The notes: a model not told the origin generated them from the letters alone. A DNA stretch of 64,000 nt from a virus (IMGVR_UViG_3300032312_000788:74986-138985), one strand, 5' to 3'. Counted from the stretch's first letter, positions 40,261 through 51,036 are shown. Made by a program: numbers and translations.

Positions 40261-40593
40261 ATGCAAGACATTATCAAAACATACATTCGCAACACTGAAA
40301 CCAACCAACCGAAAGGAATTGCTGTTGCTATCAAACATGAAGGAAAAATCAATTATGGTTTTTCTCTATGTAATACTCGACTCGATAAGTGGGATAAGAA
40401 GCATGGTGAAAAAATTGCGATTGCTCGCGCTCTAGCTCCAGCTTATAAGCTTCCTGCTGTAAAAGATCGTGAAGCATCTGTTCTTGAAGCTTTTGAGAAC
40501 CTTGAAAAGCGTTGTATCAAATACTTCAAAGATCTTCCATATGAAGATGTTGCCCTCAAGGGTCATCTTGGTTGGGAAGATGTTAATGTATAA
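40261..40593 (+). CDS. hypothetical protein
   Basis: 110 aa. Confidence 0.35.
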   Translation: MQDIIKTYIRNTETNQPKGIAVAIKHEGKINYGFSLCNTRLDKWDKKHGEKIAIARALAPAYKLPAVKDREASVLEAFENLEKRCIKYFKDLPYEDVALKGHLGWEDVNV

Positions 40594-40600
40594 AACAATT

Positions 40601-40747
40601 TGAGTGTAATCCTCTGTGGCTACGAGGTTGGAGTAATTCGAAAACTCTGAGAGGGAATAATATATAAGGTATTCGGGAACGTTGAGAATGCCTTATATAC
40701 CCAAAATGGTCTATAGCTGTTAATCGTGGATTCGATTTCCACACACT
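40601..40747 (+). ncRNA. tRNA-like structured element (147 nt)
   Basis: 5' TGAGTGT pairs with 3' ACACTCA; D-arm-like cctc-tgtggctac-gagg; canonical T-arm gtgga-TTCGATT-tccac; no canonical anticodon arm. Confidence 0.25.
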
Positions 40748-41327
40748 CAATCATTTAAGTATGCTCTTTGGAGTGTTTATCATCGACATCAATACCGAAG
40801 TATCTATGGCCATAGCTTACTAGGAGAGTCTCCTATTTATATGAGGGAGGAATTTGATATACTTAAAAATTTTTAATGGGCGGCCCATTAGATTACATGT
40901 AAAAGGTGTTATATGTTGGCAAATATATAATCCATGTTTGACTTGGGAGTTAACCCGCTCACCTCTTTATGAATAAAAAAGATTGGTCAAATTATCAGGT
41001 AGATAATCCCAAATATGGTGTTAAGTTAGTTTCAGAACTAACAGAAGCACAAGCAAAGACAGAATTGTGTATAGCTATTGAACTAATAGAAAAACTATTG
41101 GGTTGTAGTTATCAGGCAATTGAGATAGCACAAAAGAAGAATTACATTGTATGAAAAAACCGACATTACCATCTAAGCAACACCCAGATCAAAAAATTCA
41201 AGAAGAATGGATGAAGTGGTTGAAAAGAGAGAAGTATACATACGTAAAATATCTTGAGTTTATGTTGTGGCGAGATGCTTATCTAAAACTGAATCCTCTC
41301 GATTAAACACTAGACTACACTACTTAT

Positions 41328-42104
41328 ATGAAAGACAATTTGGGCGACCGCTGTAAGAATTACGAAAGTATTTATGAACATTACTTTCTACCAAAGACAC
41401 CTATTATCGTAAGAGTTGATCAAAAGGCTGGACACACATGGACTAAGGGGTTGGAAAAACCATTCGATCCAGATTATGTAACTTGCATGTTTGAATCCGC
41501 TAAAGAAGTAGCCAAACAAATACAAGGATGTAAAGCTTTATATACTCAAAGCGATGAAGTAACATTTGTATTAACTGATGATGCTACTATTGATACTCAA
41601 CAATGGTTTGGTGGTAGGCAGAATAAGATTGAGAGTATTACTGCTGCAATGATGACAGCATATTTTAATCGTAATTGGGATATAAAAACATATAAATATG
41701 ATCTCTTTAGACCCCCAGCGGTTTTTGATGCCCGTGCATTTCAATGTCCTAAAGATGATGTCGCTAATGTCTTCCTATGGAGAGTAAAGGATTGGGAACG
41801 TAATAGTCTTAATATGTTCTGTGAGCAGTTCTTCTCTCATAAGGACCTAAAAGGTAAATGTCGTGTGGAAAGACATGAAATGCTTTATAGAATTGATCAC
41901 AATTGGGCTACAGAATGCACTGAGCAACAAAAGAATGGTTCGTGGTGGGCTTGGGATAAGATTGATAACTTCAATCTAACTAACTATAATGATATTGATA
42001 ACTACATCTTCCAAGATGGAATTGCTTATGTGATTTCAAAGAAACTACAAGCAGGAGAAGATCTGTTTCCCGGACATAATAACGATCCTTGCCAAGATTA
42101 TTGA
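41328..42104 (+). CDS. Thg1-like 3'-5' polymerase (tRNA-His guanylyltransferase family)
   Basis: IIVRVDQKAGHTWTKGLEKPFDPDYV..YTQSDEVTFVL parallels Thg1 [35 protein letters not shown]. Confidence 0.75.
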   Translation: MKDNLGDRCKNYESIYEHYFLPKTPIIVRVDQKAGHTWTKGLEKPFDPDYVTCMFESAKEVAKQIQGCKALYTQSDEVTFVLTDDATIDTQQWFGGRQNKIESITAAMMTAYFNRNWDIKTYKYDLFRPPAVFDARAFQCPKDDVANVFLWRVKDWERNSLNMFCEQFFSHKDLKGKCRVERHEMLYRIDHNWATECTEQQKNGSWWAWDKIDNFNLTNYNDIDNYIFQDGIAYVISKKLQAGEDLFPGHNNDPCQDY

Positions 42105-42129
42105 TAAAACACTAAGATATAATACCGAT
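42103..42129 (+). promoter_or_regulatory. conserved gene-start motif
   Basis: TGATAAAACACTAAGATATAATACCGAT then ATG 42130. Confidence 0.5.
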
Positions 42130-42431
42130 ATGAAACAATACACCGTGATTTGGGAAGATCGTTGGATTTCTGGGAGTCATCATCATTGCTTAACTAAGAA
42201 AACTTGGATCGAATGCTCAAATATTGAAGAAATTGTGGAATCCTTTTACGGAGACGTTGCTGTATATATCTTCGAAGGATTCCAATGCACTATCGGAGAA
42301 GAGTTTGATCCATCTAGGGTTGTTAATCAACTGACGAAAACTTTTTCAATTATAAATTAACTTGACTTCATAAAACACTAAGCTAAACTAACAACATGTT
42401 CGAATCATCCTACCTCCACATATATAAAAAC

Positions 42432-42458
42432 GGAGGTATAGCTCAGGTGGAAGAGCAG
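42432..42458 (+). other. tRNA 5'-half-like fragment (acceptor strand plus D-arm)
   Basis: GGAGGTA-TA-GCTC-AGGTGGAA-GAGC with no downstream anticodon or T arm; inside a 26-codon mini-ORF. Confidence 0.25.
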
Positions 42459-42493
42459 AGTATAAAAGTTTTCTGATAATAATTTTTGATAAT

Positions 42494-43177
42494 ATGGATA
42501 ATAAGAATAAGGTAGAGCTACTCGGATTTTACGGTAGTGATAAAATCATCGCATGTTCAGCGTGGACCAGCACAAGCAGAAATTTATCACCTGATAAAGA
42601 AGAACGTATTCCCAAGTTGATTAAAGATCTATGGGATAATGGACACGAAACACCATTTGAAAAAGGTATGGTTCATTTCTTAGTCGATACAGATATCGCT
42701 TCACATATCCATTTACTCAAGCATCGTATTTCCAGTATGAATGCTGAATCCGCAAGATATAAAGAACTTAAAGAAGACAAGTATTATCTTCCTGAAGATT
42801 GGATTGGTATTGAATGCTCTAGTTCAATCTGGGAAGAAGGTGATTGTGAGTATTGGATTGATGTATTGGAGCAATACACCAAACAAGGTAATAATTTATA
42901 TCACCGATGTCTTAAAGATCTTGAACCAGTCCTTGGTCGCAAAAGAGCAAAGGAATCTGCTAGATTCTTTAAAACATATAATTCACAAATCCAAGGCGAT
43001 GTTTCTTTCAATATGAGAAGCTTTGCAAATTTGTTGAAACTAAGATACTCGGATCATGCACAAAAGGAAATCAATGATATTGCCAAGGAAATGCTTGATC
43101 TTGTTATGGGTATTAAAGGTAAACCATTTAAACATACGCTAGAAGCGTGGGATATTAATTATAAAACACTAGAATAA
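42494..43177 (+). CDS. thyX: flavin-dependent thymidylate synthase
   Basis: HETPFEKGMVHFLV..LKHRISSMNAESARY = ThyX RHRxxSxNxxSxRY signature. Confidence 0.7.
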   Translation: MDNKNKVELLGFYGSDKIIACSAWTSTSRNLSPDKEERIPKLIKDLWDNGHETPFEKGMVHFLVDTDIASHIHLLKHRISSMNAESARYKELKEDKYYLPEDWIGIECSSSIWEEGDCEYWIDVLEQYTKQGNNLYHRCLKDLEPVLGRKRAKESARFFKTYNSQIQGDVSFNMRSFANLLKLRYSDHAQKEINDIAKEMLDLVMGIKGKPFKHTLEAWDINYKTLE

Positions 43178-43186
43178 AATAACACT
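43161..43186 (+). promoter_or_regulatory. conserved gene-start motif (identical 29-nt copy also at 43927..43952)
   Basis: ATAAAACACTAGAATAAAATAACACT then ATG 43187. Confidence 0.5.
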
Positions 43187-43648
43187 ATGAGCATGACGAT
43201 CAACAAGGCACTTAAAGAAAAAAATCGAATCGCAGGACGTATTTCCAAACTACAAACACAAGTAGTCAAATACAACCGCTACAAGAAGGATTCTACTGTA
43301 GAGTTTTCTACGAAAGAACTATTCAAAAGTCTCCAAGAGGAGTGGGCATATCTTATTGATATCAAGTCTAAGATTGCCAAGGCTAATGTTGGTATTTCCG
43401 ATAAGTTGGTTCAATTAACTGAAGCAAAAGCAGAACTATCATTCTGGAATAGTTTCGGTAATGTTGGACCAGCGAAAGAAACTATTCAAGAAAGCAAATT
43501 TATCGATGGTAAGTATGTATTTATTGATACTGTGAATGTTTCGGAGATTACCACAAAGGATGTTCAAACAAACATCAATCGTGTTCAAAAACTAATCGAG
43601 AATCTGCAAGATGAGATCGATGAGTATAACGCGACTACAAAGATTTAA
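43187..43648 (+). CDS. hypothetical coiled-coil protein
   Basis: 153 aa. Confidence 0.35.
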   Translation: MSMTINKALKEKNRIAGRISKLQTQVVKYNRYKKDSTVEFSTKELFKSLQEEWAYLIDIKSKIAKANVGISDKLVQLTEAKAELSFWNSFGNVGPAKETIQESKFIDGKYVFIDTVNVSEITTKDVQTNINRVQKLIENLQDEIDEYNATTKI

Positions 43649-43926
43649 ACAACTATAGCAACTTGTCCAGAAGGTTAGCTACGATTGACGAATCGTATGA
43701 ATCCTTGCTCCAATGTTGCACTTTTTCCGGGAGTAGATAACAATATTACAACAACACATCGTAGCCTTAAGAAGCTGCAACCAATATACTGTTAATGTTA
43801 ATGATAACGCTGGATTTTCGGATCGGGTTAAAACTCAAATCTTAAAACTTAGTTGATCAATCATTAAAATTTAATCGTTAAACCTTAGCTTTGTTGTTAT
43901 GGAGTTATCGAAACCGGAATCATTTT

Positions 43927-43952
43927 ATAAAACACTAGAATAAAATAACACT
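43927..43952 (+). promoter_or_regulatory. conserved gene-start motif (identical to 43161..43186)
   Basis: ATAAAACACTAGAATAAAATAACACT then ATG 43953. Confidence 0.5.
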
Positions 43953-44498
43953 ATGAAAACAGATTTCAATTGGGGTGACGATATCATCGATTCCCGCGAC
44001 ATCATTACTCGCCATGAAGAATTACAAGACGAGTATAATTCTTTAGTGGAAGCACTGGAAGAAGCTAAGGGAGATCTTGATGATTTTCTTCGAGAAAATG
44101 ATACTGATCCAGACAGTAAGGATGAGGATGATGATTCGGTTGCGTTTATTAGACGTAGACTTAATGAACTTCATGAAGTTGTCGAAGAAGCACAAGAAGC
44201 TCTAGATCAATTCAATCAGTCCTTTGATAAGGATGAACTTGATCTACTCACTGAAGTAATCTCTCAAGGTGAGGATTCACCTGATTGGTCTTATGGAGAA
44301 GGGTTGATCCACGAATCATACTTTACAGAATATGCAGAACAATTAGCCAATGATGTATGTGAATTTCCTAAAGAATTCCAATCAGGTCAATGGCCATTCA
44401 ATCATATGAAAATTGATTGGGAGTCTGCTGCTCAAGAACTTCAGTCAGATTACTTTGATATTTCTGCGGGTGGAGAAACCTATTATATCAGAGCATGA
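43953..44498 (+). CDS. highly acidic protein (possible DNA mimic)
   Basis: 181 aa, very D/E-rich. Confidence 0.4.
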   Translation: MKTDFNWGDDIIDSRDIITRHEELQDEYNSLVEALEEAKGDLDDFLRENDTDPDSKDEDDDSVAFIRRRLNELHEVVEEAQEALDQFNQSFDKDELDLLTEVISQGEDSPDWSYGEGLIHESYFTEYAEQLANDVCEFPKEFQSGQWPFNHMKIDWESAAQELQSDYFDISAGGETYYIRA

Positions 44499-44813
44499 CA
44501 TACAAAGAACTATCAATCGAAGACCTTAAGAGTCTGTATTCTGATCGTCCCGGATTTATATTCGCTATTCAACAACCATCTTCTAAAGATGGATGTGAGA
44601 AGCTATATAAACAAATAAAAGACGCTAAGATCTGTGAATATGAACCAGATTTTATTAACATATCTCATGAGGGTCGTTTATATGCTTTTGTATACCCTGC
44701 GGATGTAGCATTCAAGTCTGCTGATTTTTACGCTTTTTCTAAGCAAGCGGAAGGTATGTTCTTTGGTATGTTTCAAGTTGATATTTTAAGCGCATTTTTG
44801 AAAGAAAACTAAT

Positions 44814-45194
44814 ATGGATGAAGATAGAATGAGTTATGTTGTAGGGTCTATATATGACATGGTGGAAGCATGCAATCTTTCTGATGATATGGAAGAATAC
44901 GTAGACAAGTATAAGGTGGCTGAAATCTTTTACAAAAGCGGATTATTGAGGGATGATGAATACGATTCAATTTGTGATTACTTCAAAGAAAACGATAGAG
45001 TCTTTGAAAGCATCGTAAACAAAACAGCAGACTTGGATAAAATGTATCAGGATAGACTTGATGCAATCGAATCTTTTTTATTTGGTGGAACTAGTAATGA
45101 AGCCATAAGCGGTATCATACAATGGATTGAATCACCAGACTGTGATAAAGGAGATCTAATTCGTTTAAAAGAAGCTATCGGAAAATATGTGTAA
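44814..45194 (+). CDS. hypothetical protein
   Basis: 126 aa. Confidence 0.35.
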   Translation: MDEDRMSYVVGSIYDMVEACNLSDDMEEYVDKYKVAEIFYKSGLLRDDEYDSICDYFKENDRVFESIVNKTADLDKMYQDRLDAIESFLFGGTSNEAISGIIQWIESPDCDKGDLIRLKEAIGKYV

Positions 45195-45262
45195 CATAAA
45201 TGATTAAACACTAAGATATAATAACTTCATCGATTTAATAAATTAACAAATCTGATAAACTT

Positions 45263-45703
45263 ATGGAATCACCAAAATTCATTTACAATCTCATCGCCTT
45301 CTCAGACTCTCATATTAAGGCATGGGAAGCTCGTAGAGAGAAAGAAAAGGAGTATACAAATCTGATCAATGGTATGACTCAAGATGAAAGAAGGGAATTT
45401 GGTAAACGTTGGTGGATTGAAAATAAATCTGATCCAAGTGATACATACTTCGGTAAGGCTTACCGTGGTTCTTTCAGCGATCTCAATCAACTGATTAAAA
45501 TTATCGAAGATCAAAATGATTGTTATGGTATCTGTGAATGTTACTATACATATCTTCTGATTGAGAAACACTATCTTAATTGTATTGATAGTGTATGTTG
45601 GTGGGGTGATAGTGATGAGATTTGGTATAAGATGGATGAAAACTATCAATACAAAAGAATTCCTAAGCCTGATTGTTTCAAACAAGTGGTTAGTTTTACA
45701 TGA
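45263..45703 (+). CDS. hypothetical Cys-rich protein
   Basis: 146 aa. Confidence 0.35.
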   Translation: MESPKFIYNLIAFSDSHIKAWEARREKEKEYTNLINGMTQDERREFGKRWWIENKSDPSDTYFGKAYRGSFSDLNQLIKIIEDQNDCYGICECYYTYLLIEKHYLNCIDSVCWWGDSDEIWYKMDENYQYKRIPKPDCFKQVVSFT

Positions 45704-46105
45704 TAAAAATTCCTAAACCACCATTTAAAGGTAAGTATAAATCATTTGGTGATGTGATTAAGTTATGTGATGTTGTGTATTACTTGGGTAGAAATAAGAT
45801 TTCTTATAGGTGCAACAATTTAGACACCATTAATCTATCAGACATTATCATTTACGATTTAGATATCGATTTCAGATCAAATAAACAATTTTTAGCCTTT
45901 AAGAAAAGGTTTGGTTAAATGGAACACGATGAATTTATAAGAGAATTGGACATTGCTCTATGGAATAAAGGAACATTCTTTAAAAGTGGATCAGCTTTAA
46001 AGGAATCACTCTTTACCGTAATTAAGAATTATCTTCTCAAGAAAAATCTTATCATAGTTTCCAAAGTGGAATGGGATAGATTAAACACTAAGACATACTT
46101 GGGAC

Positions 46106-46798
46106 ATGCCGTTGCTCACCACAAATACAAAATTAAAAAAGTCTCTGGATCTTGGATATCTCACATTTGGTATCCATCTTGCTCCTGAAAAATTATCGGG
46201 TTTTAATGTCTGTAAGAACTCTAGTGCTGGTTGTCGTGCCGCTTGCTTGAATACGGCTGGAATGGGTGCTTATTCATCTGTTCAATTGGCTCGTATCAAT
46301 AAAACGAAATTCTTCTTTACTAATAAGAATGGGTTCATGGAACAACTCATTAAGGAAATTTCTTCAGCTATCAAGAAGTCTGTGAAGAAAGGTCTTACTC
46401 CTTGTTTTAGATTGAATCTCACGAGTGATCTACCTTGGCATAAGATTAAGCATAATGGTATGACTCTTATGGAGATGTTTGATGATGTTCAATTCTATGA
46501 TTACACTCCTGATTTTGATCGTATGGTAGAATTCTTGGAGAAGAAGCTTCCTAAAAATTATCATCTAACCTTTTCTAGAAAGGAAGATAATGACCTCAAG
46601 TGTCAAGCTATTCTTGGAAGTAAGGGAAATGTCGCTATCGTTTTTAATGGTGAACAACCTAAGAAATTTAATGGTAAGCGCATTGTAAGTGGTGATGATC
46701 ATGATCTTAGGTTTCTTGATCCGAAAGGTTGCATCGTTGCCTTGAAAGGTAAGCGTCACGCTAAGATTGATAAGACTGGGTTTGCTTTGACTGTGTAA
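46106..46798 (+). CDS. phage Gp37/Gp68 (DUF5131)-like protein
   Basis: CKNSSAGCRAAC resembles the CxxxSxGCxxCY motif of that family. Confidence 0.3.
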   Translation: MPLLTTNTKLKKSLDLGYLTFGIHLAPEKLSGFNVCKNSSAGCRAACLNTAGMGAYSSVQLARINKTKFFFTNKNGFMEQLIKEISSAIKKSVKKGLTPCFRLNLTSDLPWHKIKHNGMTLMEMFDDVQFYDYTPDFDRMVEFLEKKLPKNYHLTFSRKEDNDLKCQAILGSKGNVAIVFNGEQPKKFNGKRIVSGDDHDLRFLDPKGCIVALKGKRHAKIDKTGFALTV

Positions 46799-46818
46799 CA
46801 CTAAATCAAGATAAACCC

Positions 46819-47223
46819 ATGGCAATCAACTTCTCCCGTTTAGAAGATATTACAAGGGCAATGAAGCCTTTGTATCAGACAGGGAAATCTTTTCATACTT
46901 GTTTTGTATATCATGGAAACAAGCTTCTATGTATCACAAACAATGATTACACCAGACTTCATCCTTATCATAAGTGGACTGTATACAAACCAACTAAAGA
47001 AGGATCTAACTATACATCTGGACTCCATGCTGAATCAAGAGCATTGATTAAACTTGGGTTGGAAGACTGTTCTCATCTAACTTTTGTCAATATCCGTGTG
47101 GATAATAACAATAAAGCTGCTATCAGTAAGCCTTGTAAAAACTGTGAGAGATTACTTCGACAAATTAGTATCAAGGCTGTTTGGTATTATGATGGAGAAA
47201 AATACATAAAGGAAAAATACTAA
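46819..47223 (+). CDS. CMP/dCMP-type zinc deaminase
   Basis: SGLHAESRAL (HAE) and KPCKNCERLL (PCxxC) zinc motifs. Confidence 0.6.
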   Translation: MAINFSRLEDITRAMKPLYQTGKSFHTCFVYHGNKLLCITNNDYTRLHPYHKWTVYKPTKEGSNYTSGLHAESRALIKLGLEDCSHLTFVNIRVDNNNKAAISKPCKNCERLLRQISIKAVWYYDGEKYIKEKY

Positions 47224-48037
47224 CATGAAAATTCATAGATACTTTGAGATGTATGATACTGTAGGTTTTCTACATGATGTTTTCTATGAGGTAGAATCAG
47301 GTAAGATCATACCCAAAGATTTGGCTACATATAGTGTGATCGATGGTAAAGTTATAGATCCTATCATCAAGCCTAGTGATCCTCTTAATGAAATAACCTT
47401 TACCGCTATCGTTAGTATTATGATAGCAGATGATGTGATGGATCTGGAATCTAATTATCTATTGAACACTAACGAATAATGAGAGTATGAAACCACCCGA
47501 TTGGTATATCAAATTAGTTGATAAAACAAGACCAGCTTTACAAGCATTTAGATTAGATGGAGATCATGTTTATGATATGCCATCATGTTTTTTATATATG
47601 AGCGATGGGGATGATTGGTACGATTGGGATGATGGTGTGTGTAATATCCCAGTCTATAATGTATCATGGACCTGTCATGTCTTGGTTGCACAAGACGAAG
47701 ATTGTAAACTATTTCCAATCTGGAAAGGTGAAATGACACCCAAAAGAGAAAGCATGTTGAGAGAATTCCAACTACGGTTTTCTGAAAGTGGAGATTTTTA
47801 ATATGAAAAAACTAATCAATCTATTCTATAAACTAACCACAAAGGATTTCGATCAGAAGATTCAATCTGCTCGTAAGACTACTAATATGATCATCTCTTC
47901 AACTAATGGATCTATCTCTCATTTCTATAATGAGCAAGGTCAAAAGATTCGTGGTTGGGAAGGTAAGACATATAAGTTCACTAATCAGCATCCACTAATT
48001 ACAAAGTATCAATAAAACACTAAACTAAACTAACGAC

Positions 48038-48571
48038 ATGACAACGACAACTAACCCGCTAAGTGCTGAAGCTATTCGCAACAAAATCCTTTCTTGTAAG
48101 GGTCAATTTGTAAAAGCATCATGGAAAAGCAATCCTACTCCTGCTGCTTCTTTTAAAAAGGATGGAGTTATTCTTGAAAAACATACCGTAGCTGTTGTGC
48201 AAGCTGGTGTAAATTATGCTAATCTTTCTGCTGTAAAGGAAGGTATTGCATCTGGTGAACGTGGTGAAGTTGGTGAACTTCCATGGGGTTCGTGGTATGT
48301 GGACAAATTGACAAAGAAATCATGGTTTCCTCATGTCATTGAACATAAGGATAATCTTTATCTTCGTCTTTATCCATCACAAGCTAATAATCACATTCCT
48401 AAGTCAATCTACTATGTAAATGGTGAAGTTGTTGACAAGGCTAAGTTCGCTGAGTATCTTACTCCATCAGAAGCTAAGAAACTTCTTAGTCCTACTGATG
48501 AAGATCGTCCTCTATGCTTCACGATCAAGGCTGATAACATTCTTGATATTCCTGAAGACGTTGAAGGTTGA
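48038..48571 (+). CDS. hypothetical protein
   Basis: 177 aa. Confidence 0.4.
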   Translation: MTTTTNPLSAEAIRNKILSCKGQFVKASWKSNPTPAASFKKDGVILEKHTVAVVQAGVNYANLSAVKEGIASGERGEVGELPWGSWYVDKLTKKSWFPHVIEHKDNLYLRLYPSQANNHIPKSIYYVNGEVVDKAKFAEYLTPSEAKKLLSPTDEDRPLCFTIKADNILDIPEDVEG

Positions 48572-48593
48572 AACACTAGCCTAAACTCATACC

Positions 48594-49130
48594 ATGATCG
48601 AGTTCAAAGTTGAAACTATCCTAGAAGATGATTGTAGTTGGGAAACCCTTCTAGTAAAAACACCTGATAAAGATTGGCATGATGCTGAACTTACTTATGG
48701 TGTGGGGACTGAATCAGAAGTTCGAAACATTCTTCGTAATATCTCATATTGTGAAAGTATTCGTAAATCATTCAATGAATTTCTCAAATCTATCAATGAG
48801 AACTTTGGTCAATTTGATAGAGTTGAGGATTCTTTCGGATCTTATGATACTCCGTATGCTCTATCCTTAGATGGTGTGATTGTAATCACATCTGAAGACT
48901 TCTCGAAGTTTGAAGTTGGTTATGAAGCTTATGATTCGGGTTCTTATTGGGAACCACCATCTTCTGATTTTATAGAACATTCCAAACATAATGGATTTAT
49001 CCCTGCTCTTAGGAATGCTCTGGGTCTTTATATGATGGATTGGTTTACTAAGAAACAAGAGTCTGAGATGCCCCAAGATTATCATTACAAGCTTGTAAAG
49101 CTGGTCTTGTTTTATCCTGAAGAATATTGA
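48594..49130 (+). CDS. hypothetical protein
   Basis: 178 aa. Confidence 0.4.
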   Translation: MIEFKVETILEDDCSWETLLVKTPDKDWHDAELTYGVGTESEVRNILRNISYCESIRKSFNEFLKSINENFGQFDRVEDSFGSYDTPYALSLDGVIVITSEDFSKFEVGYEAYDSGSYWEPPSSDFIEHSKHNGFIPALRNALGLYMMDWFTKKQESEMPQDYHYKLVKLVLFYPEEY

Positions 49131-49155
49131 TTAAACACTAGAATATAATAACAAC
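49128..49155 (+). promoter_or_regulatory. conserved gene-start motif
   Basis: TTGATTAAACACTAGAATATAATAACAAC then ATG 49156 (dcm). Confidence 0.5.
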
Positions 49156-49980
49156 ATGAAGGAAACATTCAATGTTTTGAGTTTATTTGATGGTGTGTCT
49201 ATTGGACAGTTAGCATTGAAAAAAGCTGGTATTTCTGTAAGTAATTACTTCGCTAGTGAAATCGATAGACACGCAATTAAGGTGACACAGCATCATTTTC
49301 CGAATACGAAACAATTGGGATGTGTTACCACTGTTCATCAATCAAATTTACCCAAAATTGATCTATTACTCGGAGGTTCACCGTGTCAAGGATTTTCCTC
49401 TGCTGGTAAAAAATTAGCGTTTGATGATGATAGATCAAAACTCTTTTTTGAATATGTTAGAATTTTGAATGAATGTCGATCTAATAATCCAAAGTTGCTT
49501 TTTCTATTAGAAAATGTAAAAATGGATAAACATTCAGAGGATGAAATCACTAAACTATTAGGTGTATCTCCAATAATGATCGACTCAGCATTAGTCAGTG
49601 GTCAAAGCCGCAAAAGATTGTATTGGACTAATATACCTAACGTTTCTCAACCAAAGGATTTGGGTATAAAAATGATTGATATTTTAGATCTATCATTAAT
49701 CGGTGACAAAGAATGGTATGATCGAAGAATTTCCTTAAAAAGGTGGAACAAGATTCAATCAATTCATGAAAAAAAATCGAGGTGTATCTTGACTCAAGAT
49801 GTATTTGATACAATTTTAGTGGAATTATACAGATATTTGACACCCGAAGAATGCGAAAAATTACAGACCTTTCCGGTAGGATATACTGATATATTGACAA
49901 AAACTCAGAGATATAAAGAGATTGGTAATAGTTGGACAGTGGATGTAATAACACATATATTTAAAAATATAAAACAATAA
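49156..49980 (+). CDS. dcm: DNA (cytosine-5)-methyltransferase
   Basis: motif I LFDGVSIG, motif IV GSPCQGFSSAGK, motif VI FLLENVK. Confidence 0.85.
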   Translation: MKETFNVLSLFDGVSIGQLALKKAGISVSNYFASEIDRHAIKVTQHHFPNTKQLGCVTTVHQSNLPKIDLLLGGSPCQGFSSAGKKLAFDDDRSKLFFEYVRILNECRSNNPKLLFLLENVKMDKHSEDEITKLLGVSPIMIDSALVSGQSRKRLYWTNIPNVSQPKDLGIKMIDILDLSLIGDKEWYDRRISLKRWNKIQSIHEKKSRCILTQDVFDTILVELYRYLTPEECEKLQTFPVGYTDILTKTQRYKEIGNSWTVDVITHIFKNIKQ

Positions 49981-50213
49981 CAACATGAGTAATAATACTA
50001 CAACATCATCTGGAGGTATTGGATTTGCTGGTCTTTTGACTGTGCTTTTCATTGGCCTAAAACTTACGGGATATATTGCATGGTCATGGTGGTGGGTTCT
50101 ATCCCCCATTTGGATTAGCTTTGCTTTGGTCTTATTGATCATTCTCATTGCTGTGATCTTCGCCTTTTCTAATTTCAAATAAACGATTAAACACTAAACT
50201 AAAATAAACGAGT

Positions 50214-50633
50214 ATGGAAACTGAAACAAAAACAGAAAAGGTCACTACTAAACAAATCGTAGTGAATGTTAGCGAAGAACAAAAGGCAACACTTCAAAAG
50301 TTGAAGGAAGATTATAACCTTACTGATAAAGGTGTGATCACTCTTCTCCTAGAAGTAGCATTTAATAACCAAGTAGGGCTTATGCCTGATGATAATGGTG
50401 ATCCTCAAGAAGTGGATACCTTTGCCATTGTGGTAAATGGTCTTAATCTTGCTAAGAAGGTTAAGGTAGAAAAGGTGGTTCTTACTGATGAAGAAAAAGC
50501 TGCTGCTAAGGAAGCTAAGAAGCAAGAGCGTCTTCGTAAGAAGTTGGCTGAACTTACTGCACAACTTAAGGCAGAAGTATCAGGAAATTCTGATGATTCT
50601 GATGTCGAGACTGTGGTGGAAATCGGCGTCTAA
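50214..50633 (+). CDS. hypothetical protein
   Basis: 139 aa. Confidence 0.4.
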   Translation: METETKTEKVTTKQIVVNVSEEQKATLQKLKEDYNLTDKGVITLLLEVAFNNQVGLMPDDNGDPQEVDTFAIVVNGLNLAKKVKVEKVVLTDEEKAAAKEAKKQERLRKKLAELTAQLKAEVSGNSDDSDVETVVEIGV

Positions 50634-50694
50634 ATGTGGGATGGAAGGGTTTAGTAGGTTCTATCCCTACTAAACCTTTCGGGGTTGTATAATT

Positions 50695-51036
50695 ATGAAT
50701 TCAATAGTAAATATTTTAGGTGGATTTCGAATCATTATTGGATTACTATTTTTGGCTTTTGGGTGTTTCTTGGATTTTAGTCTGGGAGGCTTTGGTACAT
50801 GCCTAAGATTCATTAGTGGTCTTGGTGGTGCTTACTTAATACTTGGATATACTAGAAATGGTCTAGGATATGTCTTAGGTATGATTGTGGGGCTTATTGG
50901 ATACTCATGGGCTATCAGGTCTGGTAGTTTATCTGTATTTGATATGTTTTACGTGGAAGGATTTGCTAAATTCGCCACTCGAATTGTGTGCGCTTTTATG
51001 TTTATTCTTGGATTGAAGGATGTGAAAGAAAACTGA
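50695..51036 (+). CDS. hypothetical membrane protein
   Basis: Gly-rich TM segments. Confidence 0.35.
   Translation: MNSIVNILGGFRIIIGLLFLAFGCFLDFSLGGFGTCLRFISGLGGAYLILGYTRNGLGYVLGMIVGLIGYSWAIRSGSLSVFDMFYVEGFAKFATRIVCAFMFILGLKDVKEN

Noticed and set aside
40594-40968. group I intron
   Set aside because: No flanking exons form a convincing single protein; I could not identify P4-P6/P7 core elements by eye; left as unclassified structured RNA.
45919-46188. 89-aa ORF overlapping the start of 46106..46798
   Set aside because: Out-of-frame overlap of 83 nt with the better-supported downstream ORF; cannot decide which start is real, so not reported as a separate feature.
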